Positions 37,931-49,817 of a stretch of DNA of 64,000 bases are shown here, piece after piece. Each line of letters opens with the position of its first letter. The stretch's first letter is position 1. Source of the stretch: Cenococcum geophilum (lineage: Eukaryota); contig CP158635.1 in the NCBI GenBank assembly GCA_050273025.1, positions 11,408,001 to 11,472,000 of the forward strand, given 5' to 3'. The position numbers were made by a program, and so were the translations under genes. Below the pieces are notes generated by a model, which did no database searches, was not told the origin of the DNA, and saw nothing but the letters and a program-made list of their open reading frames with translations.

Positions 37931-39856
37931 ATGACGATTCATATCTTCGGCAAGGATTTTAATGGCAGGCGAAAGCATCATGGTTCGCAGAAGCCTTCAA
38001 AACCACAGGTCGTCCCCATGCAAGGATACCGGCCCTCGCAGTCGAACCTGAACGTTCAGTCAACGAATTTCTCGCCACCTATTCCAACGTTCGTTCTAAC
38101 TCAATCTCCGCAACCGAAGCCTGTAAATCACGGGCGGTTAGGAAACACCCGGCCCTATCCCCAACAGCAGTTAGCAGGCGCCCAAGCATCTCAGTCCTAC
38201 CTTCCTTTGCGGCCCTCATCATCACAATCCAGTAACGGACTTTATGAGGCAAACTACCAATCTTCTACCAATCTCGCATCGTCATATCCACCACAGAATG
38301 ATACCAGGTGGAAATCCTCCTTAAATGTTTCCGTCTTGAAGCAGCCGGTTAATGCGGCATCGGTTTCCTTTACCAACTTGCAGGACACCTTGCATTCAAA
38401 GAGCACTTGCTATTTGAATCAAGGCGCTGCACTATGTGACCTCATTTCCTCCAAATTTGACGCTGTTATTACTTCCATTGATGGTGAATTATTCAGTGGC
38501 GATGAGACGGAACTAGGTAAGTCTAATGGCTAACTATCGATATTCTTCGATGGTTTTCTCATAGCTTTACAGTAGTCTATCAGCCGCAATACCCACAAGG
38601 ATCAACTCTACAGATTGAGCAGCCTCGAGGAGTGAACAACATTTATTCAAGTTCATCAACCAACTCCTCGTCTGGTTCAAACTACTTCTCAAAAGTGTGG
38701 CTCTACGCAAATTCACGATTACCTCCTCATCTTCCGCCTTTTAAAGTGTAAGTGGTATAGATATCACAAATCTTAGCCATGCTAATTCATTCCATAGATA
38801 CATGCCGACATATCCACTCTTATGCCTAGCAGCACAATTTTCAGAGCGAGTATACACTCGACCGACTGGCGCTGAACGCGAAACCCATGTTGATGCTAAC
38901 TGGAGACATGGTACTAAAGCAATGGTCCTGAAGAGCATTCCTATTGATGATATGAATACTGTGGTCTTTGCTATTCGTGGCAGCCAGACTTTCATGGACT
39001 GGGCGGTGAACTTTCGGCCTGCTCCGTCCTCTCCAGAAAGATTTCTGGTAAGAAATTCCCCCTTCTTCTTCAAATTATTTGCTGACAATCTCAGGACGAC
39101 CCTGGAAATCTCTGCCATACTGGCTTCCTACACGTTGCGCGACAGATGATTGCTCCGGTAGCATCCCGTCTTCGAACTCTGCTTCAGGAAAATCCATCCA
39201 GATCGAGCTGCTCTTTGCTAATCACCGGTCACTCCGCCGGAGGCGCCGTCGCCGCATTACTTTACGCCCACATGATGTCCACTACAGTGCGAAGTGAACT
39301 CAACCACCTTACCGGATTCTTCAAGCGCGTCCACTGCATTACATTCGGCGCACCACCAGTCAGCTTACTTCCACTCCAGAAGCCGGCAGACAAGCGACAC
39401 GAGAAGAGTCTGTTCCTTAGCTTCATCAACGAAGGCGATCCTGTCCCTAGAGCCGACAAAACTGTTGTCAGTAGCTTGGTAAAACTTTATGCTTCACCCG
39501 CGCCGAATTCGATCTGCAATCTATCAACCGTTTCAAACCTCGTTCTGCCTGTTCAGGGCAAGAAAAGCAAAAGACCGCAGAAGGGAAAGTCAAACAGCTG
39601 GCCTCCTCCAGGCCCGACAGGCCCAATGCCGGTTTGGAATATTCCTCCTAGCACTTTGAGTACTGCTGGTCGGCTGGTGCTACTGAGGATCAAACCGGGA
39701 ACTGTGGGCGAGCAGAATATCGAAGGGTGTGTCGTTACTGATGAGCAGTTACGAGGAGTGGTGTTTGGCGATCCAATGTGCCACATGATGAATCTTTACG
39801 CGAGGCGGATTGAGATCTTGGCGACGAGAGCTGTTACGGCGAAGTCATTTAGCTAA
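37931..39856 (+). CDS. Class 3 lipase family protein
   Basis: VVFAIRGSQTFMDWAVNF, LLITGHSAGG nucleophile elbow, CITFGAPP, INEGDPVPR; three introns. Confidence 0.9.
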
Positions 39857-40603
39857 GAAAGGAATGAAGAATTTCGGTAACGTTGCGTCTGGACAAGAGA
39901 TGGTAACGAATCGTGTGTCTCGCATGGCTGGATCCAACAAAAGCGGGAGGTTCATTTGTATGTTATATTTTTGCTCGGATTTTTAAGATACCCAATAGAA
40001 ACAATATGCTTTGAAAGACGGGCATCTTTGTGACTAGCCATATAATGGTCACGTGCATATGTATCCCCTATGAATCCCATTCCAGGTTGACTCGTTACCA
40101 AAAGAGTTTCATCTAGCTTTCTTCAGCCTTTTACTTTAAACAATGCTGCGAGAAAGAAGATTACCCAGCCACTATTAGACGAGCACAAGGCGTGAAAGAG
40201 CGAGAGCCAATAATTATAACTACGCTTTACCAGCAAGCTGACGATAATAAATCTTCAAGCAAATTTGTTTAGAACAGCTTTCTCCATTCAATTAAGTTCG
40301 ACCAAGAACTACAGGATTCAGCATAAAACGAGGACAGTTAGAAAAAGAGCTAATACAAGGAGGTCTTATGCAGCAAGCACGGTTCAGGAGTGGCTTCCGT
40401 CAACTGTTTTTACTTTTCGCGTAGACAGGCTCTCAAAGACTAAACTGAAGAGAAGAGATATGCTCGCGGAGAACCATTGGGCGAGAAGGGACGACATCCA
40501 TAGAGAGACGCGAGGCCGTCTGGAAAATCTTGCTCGACTCCAGCCGGAATTAGGATCGAAAGCAGTTCTTAGTAGAAAGGATGACTCATCAGAATAAGGG
40601 TTA

Positions 40604-41039
40604 ACGTATCTTACCACTCATCCGCCCACACCAGTCATCCGCCCACCCCAAAAACCCACCAAAAATCGGAAAAACTGCACCTTAATATCTCAACAATGGC
40701 TTTATAATAAATTCTAAAATTTTATAATTAGCCTTTTATACCTACATTAAGACTCTTAATAAAATTTTAGTATAATAAGCCCGGCCGTTATTAAAATATT
40801 TAGTTTTAGCGGGTTTTGGCCCCTAATTTTAAACTAAATTATAATATCTTTAGAGCTATTTAATAGATTACTTTTTAAATCTAATAAGAGGTTTAAAATA
40901 TATATAAAAGGCTAATTATAAAATTTTAGAATTTATTATAAAGCCATTGTTGAGATATTAAGGTGCAGTTTTTCCGATTTTTGGTGGGTTTTTGGGGTGG
41001 GCGGATGACTGGTGTGGGCGGATGAGTGGTAAGATACGT
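40604..41039. mobile_element. Fold-back MITE (Fot1/Pogo-type ACGT ends), 137-bp TIRs
   Basis: 40604-40740 is the reverse complement of 40903-41039. TA on both flanks. Confidence 0.92.
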
Positions 41040-41390
41040 TAGCAAAATGCTAGTAGTACGATCGAAATCTCTATCCCTTAACCTGCCAAAATTCGTCCAC
41101 ACGTTATCGATAAGGATTTACCAATCAAATCAATGCATTAAAATCGGCGTGCTTAGGAATATACAGCTGATATGGAGGTTCAAAATCGGGCAACAGCCAA
41201 GACTCTGGGGGAGGCCTTTTTAAGACACGATTTGGTTGAACGATACATTGGGTCGGCTGAACGAGGTCTATATCATTGGAAGTACAACTGGAAGGCATAG
41301 TTAATAGTTTGTATTGATCAAATCTATACGGTATACGCATTGTTCTGATCCTGGTGTTCCGCACGGACCACTTGATTTGTGGACGTTGGC

Positions 41391-42963
41391 GGGTTTTTTT
41401 TATTTTTTTATTTTTATTTTTTATCCGATTGTATTATACTACGTACAATACTGCGCATGCAGCCTCTAGGCTATGGCGCTATAGTTCTATATACATGAAT
41501 CCTTTCTAGGCAGCTTAACATGTACTAGTAGCTAAGTGGACACTCTGGCCCGTTTTAAATACTAGGGGGAGCTCCTAGCCTATTGGTGTTTTGTCCTGAT
41601 ATTTTGCTCACTATGGTCCAGTTTATACCAAGAAAATCGCACTAAGGAAATCCTGGCTCTTTTATCTATTTCTGCCGTATTCTGCCGTTCCTAGAGTAGA
41701 AAAAGCGCTCTAAAAGATAGATTTTTGACGTAGTTTTGCATATAAGAAATAAGAGAAACCATATAGCTTACTAGCTTGAAAGTAGCTACCAATTACCCCT
41801 ATACGACTGTTTTATTCTGTACCCTATTCCTCCTCCTTGCTAAAGAAATGGGTAGGGAATTAGTAATTAGTAGGTACTCTCCCCAAAAGTAACCTACTAA
41901 TGGTATTTTATAAGGGCGAACCTCGTTACATAAACCCACTCCCATAGGAAAAATTTCACGAGGTTGTCTGTATAGGGTATAAACACCAATTCGCCTATAC
42001 ACCTTATATTTAACGTGCTAATGGTAACACGGGCCAGTCCCCTTCCCCTATCCCCTACTATAGCTACCCTAGCAGTACATCGTCTGCGGTACGCCTACGG
42101 TGCGCCTACGGTACGCCTGCGGTCCTCTATAGTCTGATTGCCTATAGCGCGACAGCCGTAGACCGGTTGCAGTAGAGGTCGTCTACAGTATAACGGCTGT
42201 AGACTGATTGTAGGAGGTCGTCTGCTCTGCAGCAGACTGGTTATAGAGGTCGTCTGCCCTGCAGCAGACAGTTGTAGAGGAGGTCGTCTGCCCTGCGGCA
42301 GACTGGTTGTAGAAGAGGTCGTCTGCCCTGCGGCAGACTGGTTGTAGAAGAGGTCGTCTACCCTGCGGCAGACGGTTGTAGAAGAGGTCGTCTGCCCTGC
42401 GGCAGACTGGTTGTAGAAGAGGTCGTCTGCCCTGCGGCAGACTGGTTGTAGAAGAGGTCGTCTACCCTGCGGCAGACAGTTGTAGAGGAGGTCGTCTACC
42501 CTGCGGCAGACTGGTTGTAGAGGAGGTCGTCTGCTCTGTGGCAGACTGGTTGTGGTGGAATCGTTGGTTGTGGTAGCTAGCGTCGTGGTGACGTGTCTTC
42601 AGGGGGTATACAACCGGCGGCGCCCTTGCGACGACGGACGGAGGAGCAAAGGGGAGGCGACGGACACGTTGGCGGGTTAAGGGATAGCGGGCAATGAAAG
42701 AGCGAAAGTAGGTCTGCGTCAGGTCTTAGCTCTGAGAAGTCCTGGGCAAGTTACGAGAATTTCCCCCCGAAGAATCTTAATCAGTATATAACAACTTCGG
42801 CTTAAGGAACTATAAACTACTAGGACATAGCTACTAGTACATGTTAAGCTGCCTAGAAAGGATTCATGTATATAGAACTATAGCGCCATAGCCTAGAGGC
42901 TGCATGCGCAGTATTGTACGTAGTATAATACAACGGATATAAAATATAAAATAAAAAAACACC
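41391..42963. mobile_element. Unclassified inverted-repeat element, ~1.57 kb
   Basis: 106-bp inverted repeat 41429-41534 / 42828-42933, extended outward by T-rich/A-rich tails. No TSD found. Confidence 0.7.
42161..42553. repeat. 35-bp tandem repeat (GACTGGTTGTAGAAGAGGTCGTCTGCCCTGCGGCA)
   Basis: About 10-11 adjacent copies without spacers. Confidence 0.9.
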
Positions 42964-43204
42964 TTCGGGCTGAGGTTTCGGCAAGCCAGTGAAGCTAAGC
43001 GCAGGCCATCATTTCGCATATATATTTATATACTCTATACATCAAACCTTCACACAGGAACATTCATTAGGAATCTACCTCAACACGTAATTCTACTTTC
43101 AAATGAATAAATGGTCCGTGAATTTGCAATTGATACTGGCCTTAGTATATTGCCTATGATGACTTATGCGTAAGTGCACAGGTCGCGTAGGCAACTCCCC
43201 GTCT

Positions 43205-44230
43205 TTATCGTGGAAGTTTTAGTTTGGCTCTCCCCCCTGCTACCCCGCCTAACAGCTCCTGATCTTCTTTGCTCAGTACGGTCATGAAGTCTCTGATGCT
43301 CTTTTCATCATAGCTAGCTTTGCTTGTAACCATTTTCCGCGGCAAAATCACATCCCACTCTAATGCTCTGCCAATGCGGCCCTCTGCGTCTGCATCTATA
43401 TTCTTCTTCCTTATTTTGATTAGCCTTGCTAATAGATACTTGCCAAAACCTAAAATCCCGCTAATGGCTTTCAAACCGTCTTCGGGGGAGACGCCAATAA
43501 TTCTAAAGAGAGTGGCAAAGACAAAGATAGGTAAAACAAGCAGCCCGAATGTAATGAATCGTATGGTATCCTAGATCTCAAGGATGGCAGCAATGGTTGA
43601 GATCTGGATATATAGAAAGGCGATCCTATTGAGCCTTGCCTCGTGTAATTGTCTTTCTTGTCGAAGGTATTGGAGAATTCTACTTGTCCTGCGTTGAATT
43701 GTGGAATATATGGTGTCCAAAGACTGCAGTTCCGTCTCTAGTGCCTGATGTCGATCACCCAATTGGCTCAAAAAGACCGGTCCTTCTGGCGAAGCCAAAT
43801 AGGACGTATTTTATCAGTTGACGCCTGACGATCCTCATTCGAAGGAGGAAGCAAGTTGATGAAAATCTGTTTTGATGTCTGTGAGCGACATCCAGATGTA
43901 CTCCTGTAAAGCAATAGTTCCTCCGCTGTTATTCAGTACTTCGACCATAGACTGGTATAATGACGCCGGCCGTTGAATGCATAGAATCCATTCTATACAG
44001 GAGTGTATACAACTCGTCAAGAGAAGCGGCATGGGAATCCAGAGAGAAAGCATCCCTTTACGGGCCAACAGAGTGTGATGATGGTTACTCTTTTGGTAGG
44101 TGCTCCATAAGACTTTATATGCCATCATCAATGTTTCTTAGGCTGATATCAAGTAAAGCCGTTATCCTATCTGATCCATTGCTATATGAAGCAGAGCTTA
44201 AAGGCATGTATCTGCGGCAGAACAATTAGT
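43205..44230 (-). pseudogene. Degenerate gene with a CorA-like C-terminal two-TM segment
   Basis: RLNRIAFLYIQISTIAAILEI*DTIRFITFGLLVLPIFVFATLF. In-frame TAG at 43573-43571 and broken upstream frames. Confidence 0.5.
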
Positions 44231-44772
44231 TGTCAAGGAATTACCGAAGTTACTAAATTACCCCAACGCAAGCAAATCTCAACTCGGTCAGCGCTGACGG
44301 CCACATTGTACCGGCCTGGAAAGCAGATGCATGAAAACGTAAAGGGCACGCTAGTGAAGTCAATATTGAGCCTAGCTTTATTAGACGATTGTGACTTTTG
44401 AACCCTCAAACTTTAGACTGATGTCTTTTATGTGGGAGGCTTCCGACGGATGTGGCTGGGTACAGGTGCGGAAGGTGGTTATGAGTAATTCCCGCCTAAC
44501 TTCTATAGAGCAGTGCACGTGCCCCCCGCCCCATAACCAAGTTCACGGTTGTCCGGTGGGATGTTGGAGGGGTGCCTGGAGTGGAAGGTGCAATCAAAGG
44601 GGACCAAACAAGCCAAGAGTCGCGAACTCGAAACACCAACTTTCGCGAACAGTTTCAAAGTACCCCAAGTTGACCCTCCCTAGCATACAAACCGCTAGAG
44701 TTCTCCAAAATCCTATTCCTAACCCCCTGAATTACTCTGTCGCCATAGCACACTCTATTTGCATGCGCACAA

Positions 44773-47070
44773 ATGGCTGGTCGCTTCGTAAGAGCTTCCA
44801 AATATCGTGAGTGCCCAGCGCATGCCCTTCAGCTCAGCTTACTCCTAATGCGCTCACTCTAGGACACGTCTTCGGACGGTCGACAAAGAAGGTAGACCTT
44901 CCTCAGAGCTTCGTATATCAAAGGAAACCGCGACTGAGGCTTTCGAATCTAGGAACAATGCTACGATAATATCCGAATCTCAAAGAATGCTTGGGACACC
45001 AACTTGATCAAGGTCAGCCCAATGCACACCCGACCTGCATATACAGCTGTTGAGAATTAAGACAGGCCAACCCTGAATACATCTCCGTCAATTGGGAATC
45101 TAGTGGTGGAGGTGCATTTGCGGTCATACCCATCAATGAACGAGGAAGGTTGCCAGAGCAGATACCATTGTTCCGTGGCCATACCGCTGCAGTGCTGGAT
45201 ACAGACTGGTATGAAGCCTCTTTGTCCCACAAACGCATTACTCAAGACTAAATATATTACAGGAGCCCTTTCAATGATTCACTGATTTCTTCAGGATCCG
45301 ACGATGGCAAAGTTTGCGGTTCGCATCCATTTAGGAAGTGCCAAGCGCTGAATTTTCATTAGGTTTTCATATGGCGGGTGCCCGAGGGCTTCACATTATA
45401 CACAGATGCTGAAGAACCAACTGATGTTGAGCCAATTGCTAGATTGACGGGCCATTCAAGGTAAGCCCTAGATCTCTTGTTGCGCTTATGATGTAGCTGA
45501 CAAGAATTCTAGGAAAGTAGGGCACGTGCTCTTCAACCCCGCCGCCGAAAACGTCCTTGCGAGTTCATCGGGCGATTATACGATCAAACTATGGGATGTT
45601 GAGTCAAGCGCTTCCAAATTGAGCTTGAAACATAGGGACATTGTGCAGTCAATGTGTTGGAGTGCTGATGGATCGTTGTTGGTTACCACGAATCGGGACA
45701 AGAAACTCCGTATATGGGACGCTCGGCAAGAAAAGCCTGCTCACGAAGTTCCGGGTCATGCTGGAGCAAAGAATAGTCGTGCTGTCTGGATGGGTGAACA
45801 TGATCGAATTGCAACCACGGGTTTCTCAAGAATGAGCGATCGCCAATTGGGCCTCTGGGATGCTAGAGCACCCAAGGAACCTATTGGAGGTTTCACTATT
45901 CTGGATTCAATATCAGGCGTTTGCATGCCGTTCTGGGATGATGGTACACAGTGTTTGTACCTTGCCGGAAAAGGGTGAGCTTATACGTCTCCGGCTGTTC
46001 AATCGATACTAATAGCTCCACAGCGATGGAAATATTCGATACTACGAATACGAAAACGACAAGTTTGAGTACCTCTCCGAGTATAAATCGGCAGATCCAC
46101 AACGAGGCATTGCTTTCATGCCTAAGCGTGGAGTGAACGTAAGTCTTTTTGAATAATAGGCTAAACTATCGCTGACACATCTCAGGTACACGAAAACGAA
46201 GTTCTACGTTGCTTCAAGACGGTAAATGATACATTCGTCGAACCCATATCATTTATCGTGCCTCGTAGAGCCGAAGTCTTCCAGAGTGATATTTATCCAC
46301 CAACGACGGGCATCAAGCCAGCGGTATCTTCGGCTGAATGGTTCAACGGCAAGACAGGGTTACCGCCGAAAATTTCACTGGAAAGTATCTATGAAGGAAC
46401 AGAACCCGCCGAAATTCCCTCAGATTACAAACCATCATCTTCAGCTCCACCGGTCGGCCCCCTAGCCACAAAGACCGAGGCTGAGCCTCCTAAACCAGCT
46501 CCCGCTCCAGTGCCCGTAGCTGCCGAGCGAAGCCTACCGCCCTCGATGAAGGAAAATAAAGCCTCTATCGCGAGTATGGCTTCCAAATTCGCCGACAAAG
46601 AAGAGGTGGAATCTTCTGATGATGAGTCCAGCTTCGAAGAAATTTCCAAGCCAGCCGAGCGTCCCGCAGCCATAACTGCCCGGATGGAAGAGAAGACTCA
46701 AGGTCTTGAGATCACCAGGGCGCCTGATGCCAACCCCACAGCACCGCTAGAGGCACCCAAGCCCACTGTAAGCGCCCAAGCCGAGCCGGCAGTTCTCAAA
46801 GCAGCCCCTACATCGGTTCAGGACACCCCGGCTCCAGCTCCCGGCCCTACACCTAGCGGTACAGCGGAGGGTATCAAGGGCTACTTAACAGATATCAAGT
46901 CGATGCTAGAGCAGCAAAGCCTTACTATGACCAACCAGCTGGATAAGATCATACACTTGACGCAGGAAGTAAACACACTAAAGGCGAAGATGGGCGAACA
47001 CAGATCTACGAGGGAGAAGGATGAGCGGATTAGGCAGTTGGAACTGGAGCTTGAAGAGGCCAGGTCTTAA
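44773..47070 (+). CDS. CRN1: Coronin
   Basis: MAGRFVRASKY/RHVFG, WD40 repeats, GKG/DGNIRYYE, PRRAEVFQSDIYP, C-terminal coiled coil; many short introns. Confidence 0.95.
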
Positions 47071-47616
47071 CCAGTCCTGGTCCCCCCAATGCTGTAAACC
47101 AAACTTGTTAACTTTTTGACGGAGATGCAGAAGCGTGGGTGGATGAGGAGGTCTGATATGATCATGTTTGGCTTAGCATGAGCGTTTGAAGAGCGGACAC
47201 GGAGTCAGTTGGTTAACAATCAATCCTGGATTCGGATAGGTATATCCCTTGTTAGCTACTCGAATTTTTATTTGCTGAATTGAATGATGATGATATTTGA
47301 AAGAATGAGTTGTATCTTCTACCACCTTTACTGGTGAGCCTGTTCCTCATTTTCGCTTTTCACATTCTATCCGTCACCAGCAATTTTCTGGACATTCACC
47401 ATCTAAATATCCACCATTTAAAAATTCACCATTCAATATGGGTTCATGCGCCGATACCTAGCGAAATCTATGTTCCATTCCGGCATCGATGATTTCCCAG
47501 CTACTCCTACAGTTCTCAGCTCACATCTATTAGATGCTTGCGGTCCATCCATATCGGCGTTCTTCATAGGAAATTGCTAACTTTTGCGATTACCAAAACA
47601 AAAGCCCTCATAAGAC

Positions 47617-49345
47617 ATGTCTAGTAACCGCCCACCTCATCGCAGGGCCAGGATGTCATCAAGTCTTAGTCCTTCACCAAGAAACCCTGGCCCTTTTACC
47701 AGCTCAGGATCAGTTACACCGCCTCAAAACCGCCTCAATATTTCACCTTCCTGTTCACACCCTTTGAGCTCCGATGCATCTCTCGACTTCCAAGATGAAT
47801 TCGAATGATCCAGATTCAGCTTTCCCTGACAGAAACAGCCTCCCTCCAAGCCGTGCAAGTCGTCCTGGTATATCCGCGCGCGGTCCCTTTGTAGATGACC
47901 CCTCCACAGATGATGAAGACGGCAATCCAAACCTGCGACACAGCTTGGATCTTTCACAGGGCCTACAGGATACGAATTCCCTCCGTTCAAGGCCTTTAGT
48001 TAGAGGGGAGACTTATCGAACTAAGGATGCCCCCGGCACTCATTTCGCACCTCGCGGTGATGAAGACCCCTCACGCTTTAGGCAATTCACCGCCTCCAAC
48101 GGCCAGGCGGTCCATAATAATTCTTCTCTCGACAATAGCAGAAGCAATGCCAATCCTTCACAAAGACGCCGGAACGTTAGCACTTTGGCACCGAAGCCCA
48201 GCATCAATCCTCGTACTCTCGCTGCCTTAGACGAAAATTATGAGGACGAGAACAAGGACGAGAACGAGCAGGCCATTCAGGACAGCCGCAATCAGGGCAG
48301 CGCTCAATTCGCGGCATCTCAAAACGAAAGACTCTGCCACGTGTGGCCATCAAATTCCTTCGAGAAGCCTGTCTTAGCAGGATGGCCTACTGTTGGAAAC
48401 ACCAGTACAACTTCAACAGAAGCCGCGAACTGGCTACCTCTCAAAGCCTGCAGCTTCCCGGCTCAAACCTAATCAGACCGCGCGCCTATGCTAGCACCGC
48501 AAGTGAAACCCACGGCCCAGACAACGATGAATACTTCGACATAAGCACCGACTCTCAAGCCTTCGAGTCCTCCGTCGAAAGCGGCCCCAACGCACGCCAC
48601 GCCGAGTCACGCACCAGACCACCCAGCTACACGGGGCGCGCATTCCAAGACGCCTTCCCAATCTCCTGCATAGGCGAAAACGATCACTTCCGCCCTCCAG
48701 CTCGCGGACCAAACCCTTCACAAGGACCAGGCCACCCATCCTTCGCCTCCATCGACGACTCTCAGCAACAAACCCCGCACACCCTCCCGCGCCGGCCTCC
48801 CTACGAACCCGTACGACGCCAACGACGACGCCAATGACGACGACAACGGCAGCTCCAACGACGACTACACCCCCGCAAGCCAGCGCCCCCGCGCCGCCCC
48901 CCGCGCACCCAGCAACCGCGCCCACGACCGACCCACCGGATTCCCCGGCCCCGCCCAGGCAGGCAGCCCTCGCGCTTCGCCGAACGCGTCCATCGCCGTC
49001 ATCGTCCGCGCGCCCGACGGCTCGGAGCTCGAGTTCCGGCTGAAGCGCAGCACGCCGCTGGGGAAGATGATGGCGTTATTGCGGGCGCGGAAGCGGCTCG
49101 GCGGCGGAGTGCGGTTCGTGTTCGAGGGCGTGCGAGTCCTAAAGGGGAGTGCGTGCCAAAGTGTAAGCTTTGCGTTGCGGGTTCTTTGTTGGCTGGTTTG
49201 GAAGGAAATGATGGAGGAGTGGGGGCGAGAGTGTTGAGGGTATGGGAGCTGACTTGTGTGTGTACAGCTCGGCATTGTGGACGGGGATTTGGTCGAGACG
49301 TATGTGGAGCAGATTGGAGGTGGCGCGGAGGGAAGTGAGTGGTGA
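47617..49345 (+). CDS. Protein (or pseudogene) with a long disordered N-terminus and a C-terminal SUMO-like domain
   Basis: SIAVIVRAPDGSELEFRLKRSTPLGKMM...VRFVFEGVRV...[intron 49163-49267]LGIVDGDLVETYVEQIGGGAEGSEW*. Upstream coding-like sequence changes frame about three times; start uncertain. Confidence 0.65.
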
Positions 49346-49817
49346 GGGGAGCTGGATATCTAGGGTACTTTGCGGAAGTCTGAGGGTTGATATTTAGTGG
49401 GGTTGGAGCATGATATTCCTACGTGGTGAGTTTGAGAGGTTCAGGCAGGAGTGATGAACTTTTCCACCAATCTTTTCAAGGGAAGGACTGTTGTTGGATG
49501 ACTTAAACGAGATATTGGGTATACTAGTAGTTTGCAAATTCATGAGCCCGAAATTTCAACTATTGGGAATGCATAAAATCACCAGGGTAGTCGTATTCAT
49601 AACAAAATAAAATATGGAATGACATCGTCACCGAAAAACGAGACCAGTAAATGCGAATTTGGATATACACCCACTACGCCGAGTAGAATGCAATCCAGAG
49701 CTCATTTTGCTCTCCAAGAAACGCCGTTTGGATATGCAATTAATCATGCCTCTCGTGGTTGCGTACGTGGCTGCAGAGAATCACAACCAGACTTCAGGTG
49801 TTGGTGTTTCTACTGCT

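Noticed and set aside
42161..42553. 35-bp repeats as a CRISPR array
   Set aside because: Copies abut with no unique spacers; eukaryotic context; no cas genes.
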